In this document: piece by piece, positions 9,146 through 15,706 of the stretch
Position numbering within the stretch: the stretch's first letter is position 1
How the letters are laid out: the number at the start of each line of letters is the position of its first letter
From: Devosia sp.
Lineage (GTDB): Bacteria; Pseudomonadota; Alphaproteobacteria; Rhizobiales; Devosiaceae
Reading direction: 5' to 3'
DNA length: 64,000 nt
Assembly: GCF_040509215.1 (NCBI RefSeq)
Contig: NZ_JBEVLL010000324.1
Span: 5,857 to 69,856, forward strand
Notes under the pieces: model-generated
What the model was told of the DNA's origin: nothing
The model's input: only the letters and a program-made list of their open reading frames with translations
Databases searched by the model: none
Program-made: the position numbers and the translations under genes

Positions 9146-9902
9146 TGCTGCGCGGGCGCGCCTCAAGAAGCGCGCCCTGATCGGACTCATCGTAGCGGCG
9201 GGGCTTTCGCTCGCTGCCGTGGGCGTTGCCCAGGCGCAGGAACTCTCTATCGGCTTTGGCGACGACACCGCTCTCGCCGAACGCGCCATCCAGCTCATCG
9301 GCCTTCTCACCATCCTGTCGCTGGCCCCGTCCATCCTTGTGATGGTGACGAGCTTTACGCGCATCGTCGTCGTGCTGTCGCTGCTGCGTACGGCTATCGG
9401 CCTGCAGACCGCGCCGCCGAACTCGGTGATGATCTCGCTGGCGCTGTTCCTCACCTTCTTCATCATGCAGCCGACGCTGGAAGAGAGCTACAACAACGGC
9501 ATCGCGCCGCTGCTGGCCGGCGAAATCGAGATTTCGGAAGCCTTTGAGCCCACGGTTGCGCCGCTCCATGCCTTCATGCGCGCCAATGTGCGCGAGCAGG
9601 ACCTGTCGCTGTTCTATGACCTGACGGAAGCCGAAGTTCCGGCCGAGCCGGAAGCCATTCCGCTGCAACTGCTGATCCCGGCATTCCTGATTTCAGAACT
9701 GCGACGCGCCTTCGAAATCGGATTCTTGCTCTTCCTGCCCTTTGTCATCATCGACATGGTCGTCGCCTCGGTGCTGATGAGCATGGGTATGATGATGCTG
9801 CCGCCCGTGGTGATCTCCCTGCCCTTCAAGCTGATCTTCTTCGTGCTTGTGGATGGGTGGTATCTGGTGGTCGGCTCACTGGTGCGAAGTTTTACCAGCT
9901 AG
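9108..9902 (+). CDS. fliP: Flagellar export apparatus protein FliP
   Basis: Signal-like N-terminus and conserved FliP sequence (LTILSLAPSILVMVTSFTRIVVVLSLLRTAIG; FLLFLPFVIIDMVVASVLMSMGMMMLPP). Confidence 0.95.
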   Translation: MITKRRAKTTETSAARARLKKRALIGLIVAAGLSLAAVGVAQAQELSIGFGDDTALAERAIQLIGLLTILSLAPSILVMVTSFTRIVVVLSLLRTAIGLQTAPPNSVMISLALFLTFFIMQPTLEESYNNGIAPLLAGEIEISEAFEPTVAPLHAFMRANVREQDLSLFYDLTEAEVPAEPEAIPLQLLIPAFLISELRRAFEIGFLLFLPFVIIDMVVASVLMSMGMMMLPPVVISLPFKLIFFVLVDGWYLVVGSLVRSFTS

Positions 9903-9912
9903 CTCGCGAGAG

Positions 9913-10308
9913 TCAGGCGCCGTATTCGGCGTCCGTGACCTGTTCCATCCAGTCGACGACCTTGCCATCCTTGACCTCCTGGAGCGCGATGTGGGTCATG
10001 GCGTTGCCCGGAGCGGCGCCATGCCAGTGCTTTTCGCCGGGAGCGAACCAGACGACATCGCCGGGACGGATTTCTTCCACCGGTCCGCCAAGCCGCTGAA
10101 CGCGGCCAATGCCGGAAGTGACGATCAGTGTCTGTCCGAGCGGGTGGGTGTGCCAGGCTGTGCGCGCGCCGGGCTCGAAGGTGACATGCGCGCCCTGAAC
10201 ACGCTCGGGCGCGAAGGGATTGAACAGCGTGTCGATGCGGACGGTGCCGGTGAACCAGTCTGCCGGACCCTTTGCCGACGCATTGGTGCCTACGCGAATG
10301 ATTTCCAT
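9913..10308 (-). CDS. Cupin domain protein (small conserved WHTHP-type cupin)
   Basis: 131 aa with cupin motifs [16 protein letters not shown] and PGEKHWHGA. Confidence 0.85.
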   Translation of the reverse strand: MEIIRVGTNASAKGPADWFTGTVRIDTLFNPFAPERVQGAHVTFEPGARTAWHTHPLGQTLIVTSGIGRVQRLGGPVEEIRPGDVVWFAPGEKHWHGAAPGNAMTHIALQEVKDGKVVDWMEQVTDAEYGA

Positions 10309-10398
10309 GATGCTTTCCTTCTTGATGCCGCCTCGACCTCGGGAGCCCGGGATCTCCGTCGGCCCTTAGCGGTCGTTAGGTCAACATCCGATTTTGGT

Positions 10399-10426
10399 GT
10401 GCATTCGCGCAAGAGCGCGAATGCAC
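10399..10426 (-). terminator. Perfect 12-bp stem-loop directly after the poly-Asp protein gene
   Basis: GTGCATTCGCGC-aaga-GCGCGAATGCAC, 8 nt downstream of the stop at 10434. There is no clear U-tract. Confidence 0.4.
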
Positions 10427-10433
10427 GAGATGA

Positions 10434-10694
10434 TCAGTCGTCGTCGTCATCGTCGTCATCATCGTCCCAACGATCGTCATCGTCGTCGTCCCAATCGTCG
10501 TCGTCACCCTGCCAGGTCGGCTTGCCATGGCGCCACCAGAATGGGCGGTCGTCGTCATCTGCAACGAGGATGATGCTGGCGTCGGGTTTCGAAACGACAG
10601 GCTGCAATGTTTCGATCCCGAGGCCAAAGCTGACGCTTGGGGCCACAAGCAACATCGCCAGAGCAAAGCCGATCGGCTTGAAAATCGTCTTCAT
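10434..10694 (-). CDS. Small secreted poly-Asp/Trp protein (86 aa)
   Basis: Start MKTIFKPIGFALAMLLVAPSVSFG is a signal peptide, with a strong RBS GAGAGGAG 8 nt upstream. The C-terminus is DDDDRPFWWRHGKPTWQGDDDDWDDDDDDRWDDDDDDDDDD*. The track ORF 10434..10949 is an over-extension through the upstream gene. Confidence 0.65.
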   Translation of the reverse strand: MKTIFKPIGFALAMLLVAPSVSFGLGIETLQPVVSKPDASIILVADDDDRPFWWRHGKPTWQGDDDDWDDDDDDRWDDDDDDDDDD

Positions 10695-10710
10695 TGGTGG
10701 GGCTCCTCTC

Positions 10711-11103
10711 TCAGTCGTCGTCGTCAGACGAATTGGACGAGGAATTCGAGCTCGAATTCGATGAGGAATTGTTGCTCGAATTGGAAGACGAGTTGCTCGA
10801 CGAGTTCGAGGAGCTGTTGCTGTTCGAGTTCGACGAACTGTTGGAGTTCGAGTTGGAAGAGCTGTTCGAGTTCGAATTCGACGATGAATTGCTGCTCGAA
10901 TTGGAGCTCGACCCCCAAGGGTTCTTCCAGGTGCCGTTGTTGAGGTCATAGAGCAGCCCGCCGCGCTTGGAGTCGGCGACCTGCAGGTGTTGGGCCGGGG
11001 CTAGCCCTGGCGCGGGATCGGCGACGCCATAGGCTTGGGCCGGCGCATTTGCAGCCATGAGGCCGGCAACGGCGAGGGTAGTGATGGTAATGGTCTTGCC
11101 CAT
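10711..11103 (-). CDS. Secreted Ser/Asn-repeat protein with C-terminal DDDD (130 aa)
   Basis: Start MGKTITITTLAVAGLMAANAPAQA is a signal peptide with an AQA cleavage site, and AAAGGA is upstream. A 62-residue (SSSN/SNSN)n tract is followed by DDDD*. The next gene starts 16 nt downstream. Confidence 0.65.
   Translation of the reverse strand: MGKTITITTLAVAGLMAANAPAQAYGVADPAPGLAPAQHLQVADSKRGGLLYDLNNGTWKNPWGSSSNSSSNSSSNSNSNSSSNSNSNSSSNSNSNSSSNSSSNSSSNSSNNSSSNSSSNSSSNSSDDDD
10726..10911 (-). repeat. Coding low-complexity tract (SSSN/SNSN)x~15
   Basis: 12-nt periodic Ser/Asn codons that use mixed synonymous Ser codons (TCG, AGC, TCC, TCA, TCT, AGT). All six frames are open here. Confidence 0.9.
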
Positions 11104-11149
11104 TGGACATGTCCTTTTTCTGCTCGGAGCCTTGTCGCTCCACAGGGAA

Positions 11150-11176
11150 AGACGCAGGACATCGCCATCTATTCCC
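11150..11176 (-). promoter_or_regulatory. Candidate ECF-type promoter upstream of the Ser/Asn-repeat and poly-Asp gene pair
   Basis: The minus strand reads GGGAATAG-N14-CGTCT. The -10-like element ends 46 nt before ATG 11103. Confidence 0.45.
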
Positions 11177-11198
11177 GAAAAATTTCGTTTCTCCAGAA

Positions 11199-11225
11199 GG
11201 GAATAAGCGGAGGGCCGATCCGTCA
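11199..11225 (+). promoter_or_regulatory. Candidate ECF-type promoter upstream of the uncharacterised gene 11254..11958
   Basis: GGGAATAA-N14-CGTCA, 28 nt before the ATG. It lies back-to-back with the 11150..11176 site. Confidence 0.45.
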
Positions 11226-11253
11226 TGCCTTCATAGAACGAAGGAGCATCGAC

Positions 11254-11958
11254 ATGTTCGCCAGCCCAAAAGCCAAGATCCGCTTTCTCTGCACGCCGGA
11301 AGACGAGGGCGTCATCGCTCCGCCAATACCGTCAAAAGGCCACCTGCCCGACTGGTTTCGCAAACTGCCGGCCGTCGACCAGAGCAAGCTGGCGCCCAAC
11401 GATACCGGCCTCACGGTCAAGCGCTGCATGCCTTTCCTCGATGCGATGATGACCGGCTACATCATTCCGCTGGCCGCAACCGTGCGTCTCGAAATCCGCG
11501 ATGGCGGCAAGACGGTGACGGCCGGCTGGGATTTTGACAGGACCATGGTCAGCAATCACGGGAGCCATCAGGTCGCCGGTCATCCGCAAGGCGACATGCC
11601 GCCCTGCAAGTTCCACAATTATTGGTCCATTCGCACGCCCAAGGGTTGGAGCTGCCTGTTCGTACCGCTGCTGAACCGGCCCAATCCGGTCTTCGAGCCG
11701 GTGGCCGGGATCGTCGACACCGACACTTATGTCGCCCCGATCCATTTTCCGTTCTTCGCGCGTGGCGCCGATGGCCTGCACGAAATCGAAAAGGGCACGC
11801 CGCTGATCCAGGTGATCCCCTTCAAGCGCGACAGCACCATGCTCGAAGCCGAGATCGGCAGCGAATCCCGCAGCGAGGCTGCCGAGCGCCATAAAGTGTC
11901 CCGCAATACGATCGCGAGCACCGGTTGGTACCGGCGCTTTGCACGCGCTGCCCGCTGA
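11254..11958 (+). CDS. Conserved uncharacterised protein (no signal peptide; possibly DUF6065-like)
   Basis: 234 aa starting MFASPKAKIRFLCTPEDEG, with RBS AAGGAG upstream. Contains KRCMPFLDAMMTGYIIPL and His-rich HGSHQVAGHP. The family assignment is from memory only. Confidence 0.7.
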   Translation: MFASPKAKIRFLCTPEDEGVIAPPIPSKGHLPDWFRKLPAVDQSKLAPNDTGLTVKRCMPFLDAMMTGYIIPLAATVRLEIRDGGKTVTAGWDFDRTMVSNHGSHQVAGHPQGDMPPCKFHNYWSIRTPKGWSCLFVPLLNRPNPVFEPVAGIVDTDTYVAPIHFPFFARGADGLHEIEKGTPLIQVIPFKRDSTMLEAEIGSESRSEAAERHKVSRNTIASTGWYRRFARAAR

Positions 11959-11960
11959 AA

Positions 11961-13250
11961 TCAGCAGGGCGACGGGATGCGCACCAGCCCCCAGCCGAAG
12001 ATCGCATCCCGGCCGGGCTCACCGAGATCGAGGCTGGCCTCGATAAGTGCATCCATGGCGGCTGGCGGCTCGACACCCTTGGCCAGGGCTGCCGCCAGCG
12101 CCGTGGTGACGAAAGGTACGGCGAAGGACGTGCCGGTCTGGGGGCGGATGCCGGAGATCGAGGCGGCCGTGGAGATATCGACGCCGGGCGCGGCAAAACT
12201 CACATGTTCGCCCTGCACTGCCCGGCGATAGATGTTTTGCCGGCGGTCGACGGCAGTCACCGCGACGACATCGGGATATGCGGCGGGAAACATGGCTTCG
12301 GCCCGCGGCCCCGCATTGCCGACTGCCGCGACGACCGGGATGCCGGCAGTCTGGATTCGAGAGATGGCGTCGGCGAGAATGGCATTGTCGGGCCCGGCAA
12401 GGCTGAGGCTGGCAACATCGACCTGAGCCGTGGCCAGACGATCGAGTGCTTCGACCAAGGCGAATACATCGCTTCGCTCGTCCTGACCAACGCGGCCGAA
12501 GGGATCGACGACGAGCACCTCGGCAGCGGGCGCCAGGCCAGGGACCCGACCGCTGCCAACGAACATGGCGACGACGGCGGTGCCGTGTTTCAGCTCCGAC
12601 GGCTCCGCATCCACATTGCCGATCGTTTCGAGCGTCAGGCGCGCTTCGCTCAGCATCGGATGGTCGAGATTGACGCCTGTATCAATGACGCCGATATGAG
12701 GCGCGAAAACGCAGGTAGCGCCGACGGAAACCGGCGGCCAATCGACGGCCTCCCAATGTTCGCACATGGCGCCTTCGCATCCGATGGGAACCGCCTGGCT
12801 TCGATAGTAGGAATTGGGCGCGACGAGCGCTTCGGGCGAGGCTTTGCGCACGGCAGCCAGGGCTGCTTCGACATCGAGATCGTCGGGTAATTCCAGCAGC
12901 AGCCGGCCACTGCTTTCCGAGACGATCAGAAAACCCGCGGCGAGCAGGACGTCCCTGCCCGCAGCATCGAGGCTCGCGACCACCACTTGATCGTCGGCCT
13001 GTTCGGGCAATGGCACAGCGACCGGCGCAGGACGGCGGACGATCCGGCCGCCCATCCATGGTTCGTCGTCATCATCGTCATCGTCGCTCGAACCGGAGTC
13101 CCAATCGTCGTCATCGTCACCGCCATCATCGTCGTCATCGTCCTGCGCATAAGCCGGGGCAACGAGAAGGGGCGAGGCGAGGAGCCCGGGGACTGCAACG
13201 AGACCGAGCGCGACGAGCAAGGCGCGGAGCGAAGTGGTGGGGCTGGACAA
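11961..13250 (-). CDS. Secreted S8 family serine peptidase (subtilase) with poly-Asp N-terminal extension
   Basis: Catalytic triad contexts IGVIDTGVNLDHP (Asp), KHGTAVVAMF (His) and TGTSFAVPFV (Ser). The signal peptide ends APAYA, followed by QDDDDDDGGDDDDDWDSGSSDDDDDDDEPW. TTG start with AAGGAAG upstream. Confidence 0.9.
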   Translation of the reverse strand: MSSPTTSLRALLVALGLVAVPGLLASPLLVAPAYAQDDDDDDGGDDDDDWDSGSSDDDDDDDEPWMGGRIVRRPAPVAVPLPEQADDQVVVASLDAAGRDVLLAAGFLIVSESSGRLLLELPDDLDVEAALAAVRKASPEALVAPNSYYRSQAVPIGCEGAMCEHWEAVDWPPVSVGATCVFAPHIGVIDTGVNLDHPMLSEARLTLETIGNVDAEPSELKHGTAVVAMFVGSGRVPGLAPAAEVLVVDPFGRVGQDERSDVFALVEALDRLATAQVDVASLSLAGPDNAILADAISRIQTAGIPVVAAVGNAGPRAEAMFPAAYPDVVAVTAVDRRQNIYRRAVQGEHVSFAAPGVDISTAASISGIRPQTGTSFAVPFVTTALAAALAKGVEPPAAMDALIEASLDLGEPGRDAIFGWGLVRIPSPC

Positions 13251-13285
13251 TATGCGCTTCCTTCGACAATCGGTCTTGCAAGGCT

Positions 13286-13312
13286 AGACGTCTGAGACAT
13301 CAGAATATTCTA
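13286..13312 (-). promoter_or_regulatory. Candidate ECF-type promoter upstream of the S8 peptidase
   Basis: The minus strand reads TAGAATAT-N14-CGTCT, 35 nt before TTG 13250. Confidence 0.4.
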
Positions 13313-13339
13313 TGCAGCACACAAAAAAGCGACAGGCGC

Positions 13340-13367
13340 GGGAATAAACCCCATCACCCATCCGTCT
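13340..13367 (+). promoter_or_regulatory. Candidate autoregulatory ECF-type promoter upstream of the sigma factor
   Basis: GGGAATAA-N15-CGTCT ending 8 nt before ATG 13376. It lies back-to-back with the 13286..13312 site. Confidence 0.45.
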
Positions 13368-13375
13368 TCCAGCGT

Positions 13376-13876
13376 ATGAGCACCATAGCTTCCAGTCTCG
13401 TTCCCATGCTGCCACGCCTCCGGCGCTATGCGCTCGCCCTTTGCAAGGTGGGCGACATCGCAGACGATCTCGTGCAGACCGCCTGCGAAAAGGCGCTGGC
13501 CAGCCAGCGTCAAACGCTCGACCTCTCCTTTGACGCCTGGATGTTTCGCATCCTGCGCAATAGCTGGATCGACCGGCTGCGCCGCCAGAAGACGCGCGGC
13601 GAGGAGATCGACATCGTCGAGCACAGCGATATTGGCGCGTTCGATGGCTCCTCCATTCCGGAAAACCGCCTGGTGCTGAAAAAGACCATGGAGGCCATCG
13701 GCCGCCTGCCGCAGGACCAGCGCGAGTTGCTGCTGCTGGTGTGCGTGGAAGAGCTGAGCTATCGCGACGCGGCCGAGGTGCTCGACCTGCCTATCGGTAC
13801 AGTCATGAGCCGGCTTGCGCGGGCCCGTCGAAAACTCGCCGAGGATGTCGGCATAGAAGCGGGGCAATTGCTGTGA
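13376..13876 (+). CDS. ECF (sigma-70 family group IV) RNA polymerase sigma factor
   Basis: 166 aa with region 2 (DLVQTACEKAL...WMFRILRNSWIDRLRRQK) and region 4 (LPQDQRELLLLVCVEELSYRDAAEVLDLPIGTVMSRLARARRKL). The track ORF 13010..13876 is over-extended. Confidence 0.9.
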   Translation: MSTIASSLVPMLPRLRRYALALCKVGDIADDLVQTACEKALASQRQTLDLSFDAWMFRILRNSWIDRLRRQKTRGEEIDIVEHSDIGAFDGSSIPENRLVLKKTMEAIGRLPQDQRELLLLVCVEELSYRDAAEVLDLPIGTVMSRLARARRKLAEDVGIEAGQLL

Positions 13877-14604
13877 AGGACCAAAGCATGCAGCGCGATT
13901 TTTCCGACGAAACCCTCATGGCCTTCGCCGATGGCGTTCTGGATGAACCTCAGTTTTCGCAGGTCGCCGAAGCCATTGAAAGCGATGAGGCCCTGGCGAC
14001 GCGGCTCGAAACCCTTGTCACCGGCTCGACGCTTGCTCGACGTGGGTTTGACGAACTCCTTGCGCCGGTCTCGCCGGAGTTGGAGGCGGCCGTGCGGCAG
14101 ACGATCAAGGCGGCTGAGCGCAAGCCCTTCTGGAAATTCTCCTGGGGCAACTGGCTTTATCCTGCGGGCGCATTTGCTGCCGCAGCCGTGGCCGTCGTCG
14201 TCGCTATTCCGTCCCTGGGCCTGTGGCAGGCGTCTTCAGCGCCGTCATCCATGGCCGAGCTTGGTGGTGAGGAGGTTGCTGCTGTGCTCGACACCCTGCC
14301 CTCTGGCGGTACAACCACCTTGGCGAGCGGCACCGTCATCAATCCAATCGCCACCTTCACCAATGGCGACCAGCAGGTCTGCCGAGAGTTCGAGACCGAG
14401 GGCAGCGCCAGTTATCTCGTGGTTTCCTGTCGGGCTGGTTCGTCCTGGTCTGTTCAGCTTGCACTTGCGACCGCAAACGAAGATGGCAACTACCGGCCGG
14501 CGTCAGGTTTTGAAGTGTTGGACGCCTATCTGCAAACGGCTGGTGCAGGAGAACCGCTTGTCGGCGATGACGAGTTGGCGGTTCTTCGCAGCCCCTCACG
14601 CTGA
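13873..14604 (+). CDS. Anti-sigma factor (single-pass membrane protein with periplasmic domain)
   Basis: The GTG start overlaps the sigma stop (GTGA); the alternative is ATG 13888. It has an N-terminal anti-sigma-like helix region (FSDETLMAFADGVLDEP), one TM helix (AGAFAAAAVAVVVAIPSLGLW) and a ~130-aa C-terminal domain. Confidence 0.75.
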   Translation: MKDQSMQRDFSDETLMAFADGVLDEPQFSQVAEAIESDEALATRLETLVTGSTLARRGFDELLAPVSPELEAAVRQTIKAAERKPFWKFSWGNWLYPAGAFAAAAVAVVVAIPSLGLWQASSAPSSMAELGGEEVAAVLDTLPSGGTTTLASGTVINPIATFTNGDQQVCREFETEGSASYLVVSCRAGSSWSVQLALATANEDGNYRPASGFEVLDAYLQTAGAGEPLVGDDELAVLRSPSR

Positions 14605-14615
14605 CCGAGGACGTC

Positions 14616-14635
14616 GCGCCCTGCTGCTAGGGCGC
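14616..14635. terminator. Short stem-loop between convergent anti-sigma and GT4 genes
   Basis: GCGCCCT-gctgct-AGGGCGC overlapping the GT4 stop codon. No U-tract. Confidence 0.3.
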
Positions 14636-15706
14636 GATGCGGGTCCGATGGGCGACGCGCCCCAGGACCTCACCAACGGTCTTTTCGGTTTTGTCCCAAC
14701 TGTCGAGCTTTCGTCCGGCTTCGGTAGACAGCTCAGCCATGGTCTGTCTTGCGGCTTCATCGGTCAGGACCGAACGGAGGGCACTGGCAAAAGCGTCGAC
14801 ATCGTCCACCGGCACCAGAATGCCGGCCCCCGGCGCTACCGTGTCGGGCACTGCTCCCGTTCGGCATGTCACGATGGGGAGGCCATGCAGCATGGCTTCG
14901 CCGAGGACGATGCCATAGCCCTCGTAACGCGTGGCCAGAGCGAACAGCGTCGCCTGACGATAGCGCTCGATAACCTGGTCATCGGCGAGGAGGCCGGTGA
15001 GAGTCACACGATCGCCGAGGCCCAGTTCAGCGACTTGTCGGAGAAGCGCCTGCTCGACTGCTGGGTCGTGGGTCTTCCCGACAATCTGCGCCTGCCAGTC
15101 GAGATCGCCGATCTGACCGAGCGCAGCAACGAGAACATCGTGGCCCTTGCGCTCTGCCAGGAGACCCACCGACAGGATCAGCGGCGGCGACAAAGGCTTG
15201 TGGATGGGGTCGGCGGGGCGGAAGCCCGGAGGCGCAATGGTGACCTTTTGCTCGGGAACGTCGAACTGCTGCATCAAGATGCGGGCGGTGTGCGGGCTGG
15301 GGACCAGCACGGCGTCCGCCAGCTCTAGGTTGTCGGCCTCCCGTTGGAGCAGGAACCGGGATTGCGCGGGCGCCAACCCAGTTTCGAGGCCGAGGGGGTG
15401 ATGGATCATGGCGACAATGGGCGCCTTGATGGTTCGCAATCCGGCGGTGTCGATGGAGCCGAAGACGAGCCCGTCGATAATCAAAGGCATATCGGGCGGG
15501 AGGGCGGCCATGGCGGCGATTGCGGCGGCCGTTTCGTCGGCGCTGGGGTTCGGAAAGCCGGCACCCAGTTCGATGTGTTTTACCGCGCGGCCGTTCCGAC
15601 GCAGCGCCTGCAGCAGTTCATATTCGTAGATGTAGCCGCCGGTCTTTTGTGTGGCATCGCCGGGAATGGCAAAGGCGGCCGGGCGCTTTGGTGCTTGTTC
15701 GGTCAT
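14627..15706 (-). CDS. Glycosyltransferase family 4 (GT-B, RfaG-like)
   Basis: 359 aa from MTEQAPKRPAAF, with a GT4 C-terminal core (LFALATRYEGYGIVLGEAMLHGLPIVTCRTGAVPD). The ATG overlaps the upstream permease stop (ATGA). The track ORF 14627..16426 is over-extended. Confidence 0.85.
   Translation of the reverse strand: MTEQAPKRPAAFAIPGDATQKTGGYIYEYELLQALRRNGRAVKHIELGAGFPNPSADETAAAIAAMAALPPDMPLIIDGLVFGSIDTAGLRTIKAPIVAMIHHPLGLETGLAPAQSRFLLQREADNLELADAVLVPSPHTARILMQQFDVPEQKVTIAPPGFRPADPIHKPLSPPLILSVGLLAERKGHDVLVAALGQIGDLDWQAQIVGKTHDPAVEQALLRQVAELGLGDRVTLTGLLADDQVIERYRQATLFALATRYEGYGIVLGEAMLHGLPIVTCRTGAVPDTVAPGAGILVPVDDVDAFASALRSVLTDEAARQTMAELSTEAGRKLDSWDKTEKTVGEVLGRVAHRTRIAP

Noticed and set aside
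10434-10949. 171-aa track ORF fusing an Arg/Thr-rich N-terminus to the poly-Asp protein
   Set aside because: The N-terminal 85 aa are an alternative frame of the Ser/Asn-repeat gene. The internal Met at 10694 has a strong RBS and begins a canonical signal peptide.
10694-10951. Plus-strand ORFs reading E/L/F/D repeats (ELLLELEDELLDEFEELLLFEF...), and the idea that the periodic DNA is a tandem repeat or CRISPR-like array
   Set aside because: These are antisense or alternative frames of the Ser/Asn-repeat gene. Only the minus frame has a signal peptide, an RBS and a sensible N-terminal domain. The repeat unit is 12 nt with synonymous variation and no spacers, so it is not CRISPR.
13931-15328. 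465-aa plus-strand ORF spanning the anti-sigma gene and the GT4 gene
   Set aside because: It is out of frame with the anti-sigma factor and antisense to GT4. The composition is Arg/Pro/Ser-rich and there are no motifs.
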